In this document: positions 27,612 to 36,732 of the stretch, in pieces | How positions within the stretch are numbered: the first letter of the stretch is position 1 | Layout: each line of letters opens with the position of its first letter | Origin: an uncultured Candidatus Saccharibacteria bacterium | Lineage (GTDB): Bacteria; Patescibacteriota; Minisyncoccia; UBA6257; UBA11618 | DNA: 64,000 bases | Assembly (NCBI GenBank): GCA_964363475.1 | Contig: CAYIII010000001.1 | Location: forward strand, 2,170-66,169 | Direction of reading: 5' to 3' | The notes under the pieces: generated by a model | What the model was told of the DNA's origin: nothing | What the model saw: only the letters and a program-made list of their open reading frames with translations | Database searches by the model: none | Position numbers and translations under genes: made by a program

Positions 27612-28439
27612 ATGTCCGAATATTATACTTCCAGAAGAACCAAAAATCTTTACGATCCGAAATCAGCTTATCCCTTTAAATTAAGCCGCTCCAAAATAGA
27701 GCTGTTTTTGGCATGTCCTCATTGTTTCTATCTAGACCGCCGTCTGGGCGTGGGTCAGCCACCCGGCTTTCCTTTTAGTTTAAATTCGGCAGTAGACACT
27801 TTATTAAAAAAAGAATTTGACATTCACCGCGCCGCCCAATCAACTCACCCGCTGGTCAAATATTATAAAATTGACGCCATCCCGTTTAGCCATCCGGAAA
27901 TAAATAAATGGCGGGAAAATTTTGTCGGCATTCAGTATCACCATCAACCAACTAATTTTATAATCTCCGGCGCAATTGACGATCTCTGGATTAATGCGCA
28001 GGGCGAACTAATTGTCGTTGATTATAAATCCACCAGCAAAAACGAGGTCATCACCAACATTGATAAAGAATGGCAAGGCGGCTATAAACGCCAAATGGAA
28101 ATTTATCAATGGCTTCTGCGTCAGAATGGACACAAGGTCTCCAGCACCGGTTATTTTGTGTATTGCAATGGCCGCACCGATAAAGAGGCCTTTGACGGCA
28201 AGCTAGAATTTGACATAACGCTCATACCTTATGACGGAAAAGACGGTTGGATTGAAAAAGAAATTTTTAATGCCCACAAATGCCTTAACGATGAGAAAAT
28301 TCCGCCGTCTTCCGCCAGTTGCGATTTTTGCGCTTATGTGGATGCCGTCAAAGAAGTCACGGACGAAAAAAAGAAGACCAAACCTTCAAAGAAAAAAGCG
28401 GGAGAAGCGGGTCAGGGTTCGCTTATCGGCATTTTCTAA
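27612..28439 (+). CDS. Cas4-like PD-(D/E)XK nuclease (RecB-family nuclease domain with a 4-Cys cluster), stand-alone
   Basis: N-terminal CPHC, PD-(D/E)XK-like D...DDLW...VVDYKS, C-terminal C...CDFC cluster, and a Lys-rich tail. No CRISPR array or cas genes in the window. Confidence 0.55.
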   Translation: MSEYYTSRRTKNLYDPKSAYPFKLSRSKIELFLACPHCFYLDRRLGVGQPPGFPFSLNSAVDTLLKKEFDIHRAAQSTHPLVKYYKIDAIPFSHPEINKWRENFVGIQYHHQPTNFIISGAIDDLWINAQGELIVVDYKSTSKNEVITNIDKEWQGGYKRQMEIYQWLLRQNGHKVSSTGYFVYCNGRTDKEAFDGKLEFDITLIPYDGKDGWIEKEIFNAHKCLNDEKIPPSSASCDFCAYVDAVKEVTDEKKKTKPSKKKAGEAGQGSLIGIF

Positions 28440-28463
28440 AATCGTGCTACTATCTAAACGCCG

Positions 28464-28907
28464 ATGGACACAAACATTACTAACAAAAAAGCGTACTTTA
28501 ACTACGAAATCCTGGAGACCTACGAAGCGGGAATTGAGTTAAAAGGATTTGAAGTTAAGGCCATCAAAACCGGCAAAGCGAGCATAGTCGGTTCTTTTGT
28601 GATTGTTAAAAATAATGAAGCATGGTTATTAAACGCCGACATTCCTCCTTATCAGCCGGCTAACACTCCTCCGGACTACGACCCAAAACGCACCCGCCGC
28701 TTATTATTAAAAAAAGAAGAAATAAAAGAGTTGATTGGGAAAACCCACGAAAACGGCTTGACAATAGTGCCATTAAAATTGTACAATAAAAACGGAAAGA
28801 TTAAGATTGAAATTGGTATCGGACGGGGGAAAAAGAAAACGGATAAGCGTGAAACCATTAAAAAAAGGGAGTGGTCAAGGCTTCGACGGAACATTGAAAC
28901 CAGATAA
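28464..28907 (+). CDS. smpB: SsrA-binding protein SmpB
   Basis: 147 aa, conserved YFNYEILETYEAGIELKG..VKAIK, basic C-terminal tail. Confidence 0.9.
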   Translation: MDTNITNKKAYFNYEILETYEAGIELKGFEVKAIKTGKASIVGSFVIVKNNEAWLLNADIPPYQPANTPPDYDPKRTRRLLLKKEEIKELIGKTHENGLTIVPLKLYNKNGKIKIEIGIGRGKKKTDKRETIKKREWSRLRRNIETR

Positions 28908-29209
28908 GCAAGTAAGGTTGCAGGCCCTTTAAAAACTGCGCAAGATTAACTGCAAACACATTTAATCGACAACCCGCGTTGGCATACGCTTAATGCGGCA
29001 CCGGCGGCTTATGCCTAATAAAGCCATAACCGGTGTAATAATCTTAGGCTCTGTTTCGAAAAACTGATGTTTCGAAATGAAAATTTAGTCAGTAAAATTT
29101 TTCAGTTTTTGCCAAGTTTTAAGCTGAAAAATTTAAATTAACTTGGATAAACTTGTAGAAAGTTTGGCGGACATGCTTTCGGACGGGAGTTCAATTCTCC
29201 CCACTTCCA
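28867..29209 (+). ncRNA. ssrA: tmRNA (SsrA), standard one-piece; its 5' end overlaps the last 41 nt of smpB
   Basis: 5' GGGAGUGGUCAAGGCUUCGACGGAACAUUGAAACC matches the tmRNA 5' consensus (UUCGACGG). 3' CUUUCGGACGGGAGUUCAAUUCUCCC CACUUCC A gives a T-arm plus a 7-bp acceptor stem with the G3.U pair. Tag-like ORF with terminal ...AYA and UAA stops at 28964-29021. CCA not encoded. Confidence 0.85.
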
Positions 29210-29265
29210 CAAAAAATAAATTTTGACTTTTTATCTTTTATAAGCTATCCTTACCATAAACTTTC

Positions 29266-29769
29266 TTGCAAAATCCAAAACTAAACAATCAAATCACCGC
29301 TGAACAGTTGATGGTAATTGATGAACAGGGGCAAAGCTTAGGAGTTATGAGCCGCGACCAAGCCATCCTAAAAGCGAAAGAAAGGGGACTGGACTTAATT
29401 GAAATAGCCGCTTCTGCCAAGCCCCCGGTTGCTCGCATTATGAGTTTTGATAAGTATCGTTATCAGCAAGAGAAGAAGTTGAAAAAGCAAAAAATTGGAC
29501 AAAAAAATCTTGAAACGAAGCAGGTTCAAATAAGCGGAAGGTCAGCCACAAATGACCTCCAAGTTAGAGCTAATCAAATTAATAAATTTTTAGGCGAGGG
29601 CAGAGTGGTAAACATTATTTTAGTGCTTCGTGGCAGAGAAAAAGCCCATAAAGATTTGGCAGAGGAAAAATTAAAGGAGTTTTTGAAAAATATGATAACT
29701 GACCATAAAGTTATCTCCTCAATCAAATTTATGGGACGAGGAATGCAAGTACAAATCATAAAAAATTAA
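29266..29769 (+). CDS. infC: translation initiation factor IF-3
   Basis: INEQIRAREVRL-like start (ITAEQLMVIDEQGQSLGVMSRDQA), conserved C-terminal domain; followed by rpmI-rplT. Confidence 0.88.
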   Translation: MQNPKLNNQITAEQLMVIDEQGQSLGVMSRDQAILKAKERGLDLIEIAASAKPPVARIMSFDKYRYQQEKKLKKQKIGQKNLETKQVQISGRSATNDLQVRANQINKFLGEGRVVNIILVLRGREKAHKDLAEEKLKEFLKNMITDHKVISSIKFMGRGMQVQIIKN

Positions 29770-29792
29770 AAAATAAAATATAAAAATTAAAA

Positions 29793-29981
29793 ATGGCAAG
29801 GAAATCCGTAACCAAAAGAATAAGAATTACAAAAACCGGAAAATTAATGCGCCGCAAGATGGCGCAGGACCATTTTCGCGCTAAAAAAACGGGCAAACAA
29901 ATACAGTCAAAAAGGGAGAACAGGCAACTTGAAAGAATGGACGCTAAAGTTTTCCTTCCGTACCTTACATCTAAAAACTAA
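29793..29981 (+). CDS. rpmI: 50S ribosomal protein L35
   Basis: 62-aa basic protein, MARKSVTKRIRITKTGK... Confidence 0.85.
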   Translation: MARKSVTKRIRITKTGKLMRRKMAQDHFRAKKTGKQIQSKRENRQLERMDAKVFLPYLTSKN

Positions 29982-29984
29982 AAT

Positions 29985-30329
29985 ATGACCAGAGTTAAAA
30001 GAGGCACGATTGCCACTAAAAAAAGAAAAAAGATATTAAAATACACAAAAGGATTTCGCTGGGGAAGAAAGTCCAAAGAAAGAGCCGCCAAAGAGGCCTT
30101 GCTTCACGCCTGGTCTCATTCCTTCAGAGGAAGAAAGGAAAGAAAAAGGGACTTTAGGGCCCTATGGCAAGTCAAAATAAATGCCGCGGTTAGAGACGAA
30201 GGACTGTCATACAGCAAATTTATTTCCCTGCTAAAAAATAAAAATATTAAATTAGACAGAAAGATATTAGCCGATTTGGCAGAAAATCAGCCGGAAGTTT
30301 TTAGAAAAATAGTCACGCAGGTTAAATAG
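29985..30329 (+). CDS. rplT: 50S ribosomal protein L20
   Basis: MTRVKRGTIATKKRKKILK... typical L20. Confidence 0.9.
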   Translation: MTRVKRGTIATKKRKKILKYTKGFRWGRKSKERAAKEALLHAWSHSFRGRKERKRDFRALWQVKINAAVRDEGLSYSKFISLLKNKNIKLDRKILADLAENQPEVFRKIVTQVK

Positions 30330-30798
30330 CCACCACCGGCGATGCAACGACAGTAGCCGGCCCCTTGATATAAAAGAAGGCCTTTTTAAGAATCGCCATT
30401 CTAACTTTATATCTAGACAACATTCTTCGCGCTTCATTATAAGAAAACCAGCCGTAGCCCTCATGCTCGGAAGAAATCTTAATTTCTGATTTTTCGGTTT
30501 TTGCCAAATAAAAAATTACTATCTTAAAAACCCTTTCTTTTCCCCGAGAATACGGAAACTTCTCATAAACCTTAAAATTTTGTTGCATCTCTAAATCAGA
30601 TTTTTTTAATCCTGTTTCTTCACTTACTTCTCTAAAGGCGGTCTGCCAACTTTTTTCATCTGCCTCCATTCGTCCACGCGGAAAATCCCAAACTCCCTTA
30701 GCCCTATAAAGCAATAAAAACCTAGGACCTTGTTGGGTCTGTCTAACTACTATAATTCCTGCTGATATAACTTTTGTATAACTTTTATTTTCCTCCAT
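30322..30798 (-). CDS. NUDIX hydrolase
   Basis: Nudix box GRMEADEKSWQTAFREVSEETGL. Confidence 0.75.
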   Translation of the reverse strand: MEENKSYTKVISAGIIVVRQTQQGPRFLLLYRAKGVWDFPRGRMEADEKSWQTAFREVSEETGLKKSDLEMQQNFKVYEKFPYSRGKERVFKIVIFYLAKTEKSEIKISSEHEGYGWFSYNEARRMLSRYKVRMAILKKAFFYIKGPATVVASPVVAI

Positions 30799-32515
30799 TC
30801 TTAAGCATGCTAAGCATCTTTTCTAACGGCCAAGCATTAATAATATCCTTCTTCTCAGCCCAACCGCGCCTAGCTTGAGCAATGCCATACTCTAACACAG
30901 AAAAGTGAGAAACGGAATGGCTGTCAGAATCAATTGACAATCTAACGCCCTCATTAACACACTGCCTAATATGGTCATCTTTAAGATCTAAGCGGTCAGG
31001 AAAGGCGTCAATCTCTAAAATGGTCCTAGTTTCTTTGGCAGTTTTTATAATCGCTTCCATATCAAGCTCATAAGCGGGCCGTTTATTAATTCGTCTTCCT
31101 GTGGGATGAAAAATAATATCTACGTTTGGATTATTCATCGCCTTTTGCATTCTCTTTGTTTGTTCTTCTTTAGATAGATTAAAATAAGAATGGATAGAGC
31201 CCCCCACTACATCTAATTGGGCCAAAATTTCATCAGGCAAATCCATACTGCCGTCTTTCAAGATATCACATTCACTACCTTTTAAAATTCTGAATTTTGA
31301 ACCAAACTTTAAATTTAATTCGTCAATTTCTTTTATCTGTTTTAAAATCCTTTCCGAATCCAATCCATTCGCCATTGCCAATCGCTTGGTATGGTCGGTA
31401 ATCACCATATATTCTAAACCGACGTTTATAGCGGCTTGAGCCATATCCTCAATAGAATCAGCTCCGTCAGACCAATTACTTTGTATCTGCAAATCACCTT
31501 TTAAGTCCTCGTATTGAATTAATTGTGGCAACCCTCCTTTTTGAGCGGCCTCTATTTCTCCGGTCATTTCTCTTAACTCCGGCTCTATATAATCCAAACC
31601 CAACGCCTTATATAAGTCCTGCTCCGTCTTGCCGGCTATCATTTTCTCGCCCTTGAATAATCCGTACTCGTTAAGTTTACATCCTTTATCCATAGCAATC
31701 TGACGCAAGGCGATATTATGCTCTTTTGAGCCCGTAAAATAATTTAAAGCCGCCCCATAAGATTCTTTTGATACCACCCGCAAATCTACATCCAAACCAT
31801 TTTTTAATTTTATGGCCGATTTAGTGTCGCCGCGAGCATAAACTATTCCAACTTCCGACATAGAAACAAAAAAATCCATTACAGGATTAGGATTGTCAGA
31901 TATAACTAAAATATCCACATCTCCGATTGTTTCCTTTTTGCGGCGAACTGAACCTGCGATTACCACATCTTCAACTTCTTTTAATTTTTTTAGATGGTGT
32001 TCTATTTCTTTTATTAAGGGCATCACTTCCCCCAAAACAAATCTGGAGCCAGATTTGTTTATAAATTCTAATCCCTTAGAAATATTTTCCTCTGTCTTTT
32101 TCCCAAATCCTTCTAAATCCCTTATTTTGCCTTTTTTTACCGCTTCTTCTAATTCTTTAAGATTGGTAATACCTAATTTCTTGTACAATTTATAAATACT
32201 TTTTGCTCCAAGGCCTTGAATCCGTTCTAATTCTGATAGATTAACCGGCATTTCTTTTTTTAATTGTTCGTAATATTTTAAGCGGCCGGTCTTTATCAAT
32301 TCTTCAATTTTTTCCGCGATAGAGATCCCTATGCCGGAAATTTTTTCTAAAGACCCCCTACCTCCTTTTTCATAAATATCGCTTACTTTCTCCGATAAAG
32401 AACCAACAACATCCGCCGCTTTTTCGTAGGCCTTAATTTTAAAAAATGATTCGCCCTGCATTTCAAGATACTCGCCTATCTCCCGCAAAATTTTCTCAAT
32501 CTCACGATTTTCCAT
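30785..32515 (-). CDS. polX: DNA polymerase X family protein (Pol beta-like nucleotidyltransferase with C-terminal PHP domain)
   Basis: HhH motifs, GSVRRKKETIGDVDILV polymerase-beta core, C-terminal PHP (ITDHTKR...HPTGRR). Confidence 0.8.
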   Translation of the reverse strand: MENREIEKILREIGEYLEMQGESFFKIKAYEKAADVVGSLSEKVSDIYEKGGRGSLEKISGIGISIAEKIEELIKTGRLKYYEQLKKEMPVNLSELERIQGLGAKSIYKLYKKLGITNLKELEEAVKKGKIRDLEGFGKKTEENISKGLEFINKSGSRFVLGEVMPLIKEIEHHLKKLKEVEDVVIAGSVRRKKETIGDVDILVISDNPNPVMDFFVSMSEVGIVYARGDTKSAIKLKNGLDVDLRVVSKESYGAALNYFTGSKEHNIALRQIAMDKGCKLNEYGLFKGEKMIAGKTEQDLYKALGLDYIEPELREMTGEIEAAQKGGLPQLIQYEDLKGDLQIQSNWSDGADSIEDMAQAAINVGLEYMVITDHTKRLAMANGLDSERILKQIKEIDELNLKFGSKFRILKGSECDILKDGSMDLPDEILAQLDVVGGSIHSYFNLSKEEQTKRMQKAMNNPNVDIIFHPTGRRINKRPAYELDMEAIIKTAKETRTILEIDAFPDRLDLKDDHIRQCVNEGVRLSIDSDSHSVSHFSVLEYGIAQARRGWAEKKDIINAWPLEKMLSMLKNGGK

Positions 32516-32529
32516 ATTAAAATTAAAAG

Positions 32530-33210
32530 TTATTTATTGATACTTTTGGGCGTATGGTCTCCGACCATATGCTCCCCCACTTTAGAATCGCGGGGAGGAA
32601 GGGCGATTTCAGGCACCAAAACAATAATTATTGCGGCAAGCAAACTCAATGCGGCCGCTATAAAAAATATAGCCACAAATCCAAACGACTGCACCAAGAC
32701 ACCGCTCAATAACCCCGTTAAACCGGCGGCCAACCCCGCTACGGTGCTATCCAAAGAAAACTCAAATGAGCGATGACTTCCGTCCAAATGACGCGAAAAA
32801 AGACTATACCACGAAGGAATAAAAAGAGAGAAAGCTATTGCCTGCAATAATTTAATTAAATACAACTGCCATATTTGAGTGATAAAAATTAAACTGATGG
32901 CAGCTAAACTGGACAGAGTTAAACCCAAAACTAGAACTAAATGGTCGTCCTTTTCCCCTTTAATCCTATCCAACATTAAAGCTACGGGCATTTGAAGCAT
33001 TGACTTGGCAAACCAATAAATAGCCGCGGCAAATCCGATAGTAACAACGGTCGCCCCTTGAATTCTGTCAATAATAAAAATAGCAAAAACAGGGTCTACT
33101 AAGCTCCATCCGCTCATAACAGTTAAATCAACCAGAATGAGCTTTTGTATAATCTTATTAACTTTAAGATTTTGGATATATTCCAGCATTATCTGTGATA
33201 ATCTTAACAT
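32530..33210 (-). CDS. hypothetical membrane protein (6 TM, resembles an MFS half)
   Basis: Hydrophobicity pattern only. Confidence 0.35.
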   Translation of the reverse strand: MLRLSQIMLEYIQNLKVNKIIQKLILVDLTVMSGWSLVDPVFAIFIIDRIQGATVVTIGFAAAIYWFAKSMLQMPVALMLDRIKGEKDDHLVLVLGLTLSSLAAISLIFITQIWQLYLIKLLQAIAFSLFIPSWYSLFSRHLDGSHRSFEFSLDSTVAGLAAGLTGLLSGVLVQSFGFVAIFFIAAALSLLAAIIIVLVPEIALPPRDSKVGEHMVGDHTPKSINK

Positions 33211-33784
33211 CTTTACTCTTTTCCATTAAACGAGAAAATAACAAATCGGGGGACACATTAAAACCGTCTTCCAGTAAATCTTGCGCCTCCTTTAATAATT
33301 CTTCTTTGGAAATTTTGGCATTCAAAGTTTTATTTAATTCTTCTTTAATTTCTTTTCTAATTTTTTTATAAGCGGATTTTTTCAATGATAATAAATCTTT
33401 TACTTCGTCATAACCCAATGCCCTTTCCGCAACCCATAAATAAAAATTGCCGCCAAATAAAGTTGCCCTGTCTAGAGAGTACTCTAATATTGACCAAGCA
33501 GAAGTTGATTCTTTCTTGAGCCACCACAATCTGTCCGCCAAAAATAGAGCCAGAACAATTCCAATAATTTTCATCCACATTATTTCCGAAAAAATCCACA
33601 TTAAAGATATGGCAATCAACAGCCCGTAGAAAAGATAAGTGAATAAACGGACCAGAAACCTCTCCCAAACATTCATAGATAATTTCAAATAATTCAAATC
33701 CCTTTTTGCTAAAAAATTAAGACGCAAAAAAGTAAGAATACGATAAAGGGACTTGCCAAATACATAAATTGAAACAAGACGCAT
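33164..33784 (-). CDS. hypothetical membrane protein
   Basis: Two or three TM segments then a charged helical tail; overlaps the downstream ORF out of frame. Confidence 0.35.
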   Translation of the reverse strand: MRLVSIYVFGKSLYRILTFLRLNFLAKRDLNYLKLSMNVWERFLVRLFTYLFYGLLIAISLMWIFSEIMWMKIIGIVLALFLADRLWWLKKESTSAWSILEYSLDRATLFGGNFYLWVAERALGYDEVKDLLSLKKSAYKKIRKEIKEELNKTLNAKISKEELLKEAQDLLEDGFNVSPDLLFSRLMEKSKDVKIITDNAGIYPKS

Positions 33785-33792
33785 AAGTAAAG

Positions 33793-34230
33793 TTAACTTT
33801 TAAGCTGATTTCGTGTCAAAAGTATGGATAATAAAGGCAGAAGCATCATTTGAAAAACAGGCAAAAGACCGACATTTAACAGGGGCAAAATCGGCATAAT
33901 ACTTGAATAAGCCCAACGATTATTATTAATTGCGTGATATTCCACCAATATCGCCCACAACCCGCCTAAAACGAATAGTATCGCCAATTTTTTATTGCTT
34001 ATTTTTCTTCCCCAATACATATTTCTCATCAGCATTCCGGTTAATAAATACAAACAGACAACTATAAGAGCGTCTTTAAAAGAAACAATCCAGTGAACTT
34101 CAATAAATTTTAAATAATTGGAAATATCTCCCAATCCTTCAAATTTGTAAAAGGACATTTGAGAAACTTCCCAAACAAAATTCAATAAAAAAGAAATCAC
34201 CAAGAGATAAACAAGAAACCTGAAGAGCAT
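33793..34230 (-). CDS. hypothetical small membrane protein
   Basis: 145 aa, 4 predicted TM. Confidence 0.35.
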   Translation of the reverse strand: MLFRFLVYLLVISFLLNFVWEVSQMSFYKFEGLGDISNYLKFIEVHWIVSFKDALIVVCLYLLTGMLMRNMYWGRKISNKKLAILFVLGGLWAILVEYHAINNNRWAYSSIMPILPLLNVGLLPVFQMMLLPLLSILLTRNQLKS

Positions 34231-34238
34231 TAATTAAA

Positions 34239-35381
34239 TTATATATTTTTATCCTCTATTTTGCCATCCTTAATCTGCCTTAAAATTAAATTCACCCCAA
34301 CCACATCGCCGTTTAAATCAAAAGAATATTTCCCTAATAAGCCATCGTACTCCGCCATATTATATAAATAATCTCTAACTTTTATATAATCGTAATTAAC
34401 TTTTTCAATGGCCTGGACCAAAATGTTTACCGCGTCGTAAGAAGCGGCCATATAAAATTCGGGGTCGTTAATTTTGCCGAATGTTTTTTTATAGTCCCCT
34501 AAAAAGGCCTGAACTCTGATATTGTCGTGGTCAATATTGGGCAAATCGGTGAAAACAATGCCTTCCGCCGACTTGCCGGCAATTTCTAAAAACTTCGCCC
34601 CGTTAGGAATTATATGAGCGAACATCGGCAAGGTGATTTTCGCACCTCTTATCCCCTTCGCCAAAAGACCGCCCGATTGTTCCGTTTGCGAATTTATTAT
34701 AATAGCTTCGGCTTTAGAATTTTTTATTTTGGAGAAAATTAAACGAAAGTCCTTCGTGTCGGGAGAAAAAATTTCGTCCACGGACACTTGAACATTGGCT
34801 TTAGAAACCTTTTCTAAAAAGGAACGCCTTAATGATTGAGCGTGTTCGGTGCTTTCTGAAATAATGGCCAGGTCTTTATATTGATTGCTCAAAATTTCTC
34901 CCAGCACATAACCGCCATAAGAATCAGAGGGAATGTTTCTAAAAACAAAAGTTCCGGCGCCGGTAAGGTCAGGACTTGAAGCGGACGGCGAAAAAAGAAT
35001 GACTTTATTTTTTTCCGCGATTTCTGACATTGCTAGAGTTTCTCCGTTGCAAACGCCGCCGATAATAATTTTTATTTTATCTACATCAATAAGCTTTGTA
35101 ATCGCAGCGCGAGCAGTCTCGCCGTTGCACTTGCTATCCTCATAAACAATATCAATCAACCTTCCTTGAGTCCTTAAATCCTTAACGGCCAAATCAATGG
35201 AGTTTTTAACGGAAGCGCCGTAAGAAACAGAATCACCGCTTAAAGAACCGACAAAACCAATCTTAATGGGCTCTAATCGGAATTCTTTCTCTTCCAAATA
35301 AGAAGAAGGGGGTCCAAAAAAATAATATATTCCCAGAATGACCGCGAGCGATAAAAAAACACCTATAAGGTATTTCGTCAT
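34239..35381 (-). CDS. periplasmic-binding-protein type I family substrate-binding protein (Leu/Ile/Val-binding-like)
   Basis: N-terminal TM anchor; PBP1 fold-like sequence (IGFVGSLSGDSVSYG...). Confidence 0.5.
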   Translation of the reverse strand: MTKYLIGVFLSLAVILGIYYFFGPPSSYLEEKEFRLEPIKIGFVGSLSGDSVSYGASVKNSIDLAVKDLRTQGRLIDIVYEDSKCNGETARAAITKLIDVDKIKIIIGGVCNGETLAMSEIAEKNKVILFSPSASSPDLTGAGTFVFRNIPSDSYGGYVLGEILSNQYKDLAIISESTEHAQSLRRSFLEKVSKANVQVSVDEIFSPDTKDFRLIFSKIKNSKAEAIIINSQTEQSGGLLAKGIRGAKITLPMFAHIIPNGAKFLEIAGKSAEGIVFTDLPNIDHDNIRVQAFLGDYKKTFGKINDPEFYMAASYDAVNILVQAIEKVNYDYIKVRDYLYNMAEYDGLLGKYSFDLNGDVVGVNLILRQIKDGKIEDKNI

Positions 35382-35442
35382 ATGATAAGGATTTTATTAA
35401 AAATTATTGCTTATTGCAAGAAAGACATTATAATTACAGCAA

Positions 35443-36732
35443 ATGGACGGAAGGCATTATTTAGAAAGTGTCTTTAAGCGAATTGATGAAACCGCTAAAA
35501 TACTTCAACTAAAACCCTACGTTATAAAAGAACTGAAAACTTTTTCCAGGGTTTTAGAAATGAGAATCCGGGTTGGCAAACAACATTTTACCGCTTATCG
35601 CATTCGTCATGTAAATCCTTACGCGACTGGCCATCGCCCCTATAAAGGCGGCTTGCGTTTTGATAAAGATACCGGTGGAGACCTGAATACCATCAAAGCG
35701 TTAGCGGTGGAAATGACTTTAAAATGCGCCACCGTGGGACCGGACCCGGAACGACGCTTGCCTTTTGGAGGCGCAAAGGGGGGGATAGGAATTAATGCAA
35801 AGATTTATTCTAAAGAACAAATAAGGGGGATAGTGGAAAAATTTGTGGATGAAATGGGGAACGCGATGGGGCCAACGGTTGATGTGCCGGCGCCTGATTA
35901 CGGAACTAATGAAGAAATAATGCGGCTTATTAGCACTCGTTATTGCAAATCTCACCCCTTTTCCGGTTCCGGAGCGGTAGTTACAGGCAAACCCCTAAGT
36001 AGGGGGGGAGGCGGTTGTCCGGGACGCAAGGAGGCAACTGGATTGGGAATGCTATACGCTTACAGTACTTTAAAAGAACTAAAAGCCCTGCCGGAAGCGG
36101 TGATCAACACAAAACATCCTCGAGCAGTAATTCACGGCTTTGGCAACGTAGGTTCTCATTTTGGTTTATATGCCGGTCAGTTCGGAATTAAAATTGTTGG
36201 AGTCGCCGAAGTTAATGCCACAATTTATAATGCCAACGGCATTAATATGGAGGAACTCTACGACTATGCCAATGAAAATAAAACCGTTGCCGGATTTCCC
36301 AATGCTCACGAAATTACTTTTGAAAATTTACTGCGCCAACCGCATGAAATAGACGCTCCCTGCGCCAAAGAAAATTCCATTGATGATAACTGGGCCAACA
36401 CCACGGAAGCAAAATTAGTTATTGAAGGCGCAAACGGCCCTTGTTTTCAAAAAGCCGAAGATATTTTTACCAAAAGAGGAATCGTGATAGTGCCTGACTT
36501 ATTAGCCAATGCCGGCGGCGTCACCGTGTCTTATTTTGAGTGGCAACAAGATATTGAAGGAGCGCAATACGACAAAAAGACCATATTTGAACAATTAGAA
36601 AAATACATGCGCACCGGCACGGAGGGCGTTGTAAAAATGGCGCAAGAATATCGCACAGACCTGCGGACGGGCGCTTATATTTGGTCTATTAAGTACCTTA
36701 ACGACGCTATTTGCGCCAAACACGGCTGGTAA
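35443..36732 (+). CDS. gdh: Glu/Leu/Phe/Val dehydrogenase family protein (glutamate dehydrogenase)
   Basis: Catalytic Lys motif (FGGAKGGI) and the GFGNVGSH NAD(P)-binding motif. Confidence 0.8.
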   Translation: MDGRHYLESVFKRIDETAKILQLKPYVIKELKTFSRVLEMRIRVGKQHFTAYRIRHVNPYATGHRPYKGGLRFDKDTGGDLNTIKALAVEMTLKCATVGPDPERRLPFGGAKGGIGINAKIYSKEQIRGIVEKFVDEMGNAMGPTVDVPAPDYGTNEEIMRLISTRYCKSHPFSGSGAVVTGKPLSRGGGGCPGRKEATGLGMLYAYSTLKELKALPEAVINTKHPRAVIHGFGNVGSHFGLYAGQFGIKIVGVAEVNATIYNANGINMEELYDYANENKTVAGFPNAHEITFENLLRQPHEIDAPCAKENSIDDNWANTTEAKLVIEGANGPCFQKAEDIFTKRGIVIVPDLLANAGGVTVSYFEWQQDIEGAQYDKKTIFEQLEKYMRTGTEGVVKMAQEYRTDLRTGAYIWSIKYLNDAICAKHGW

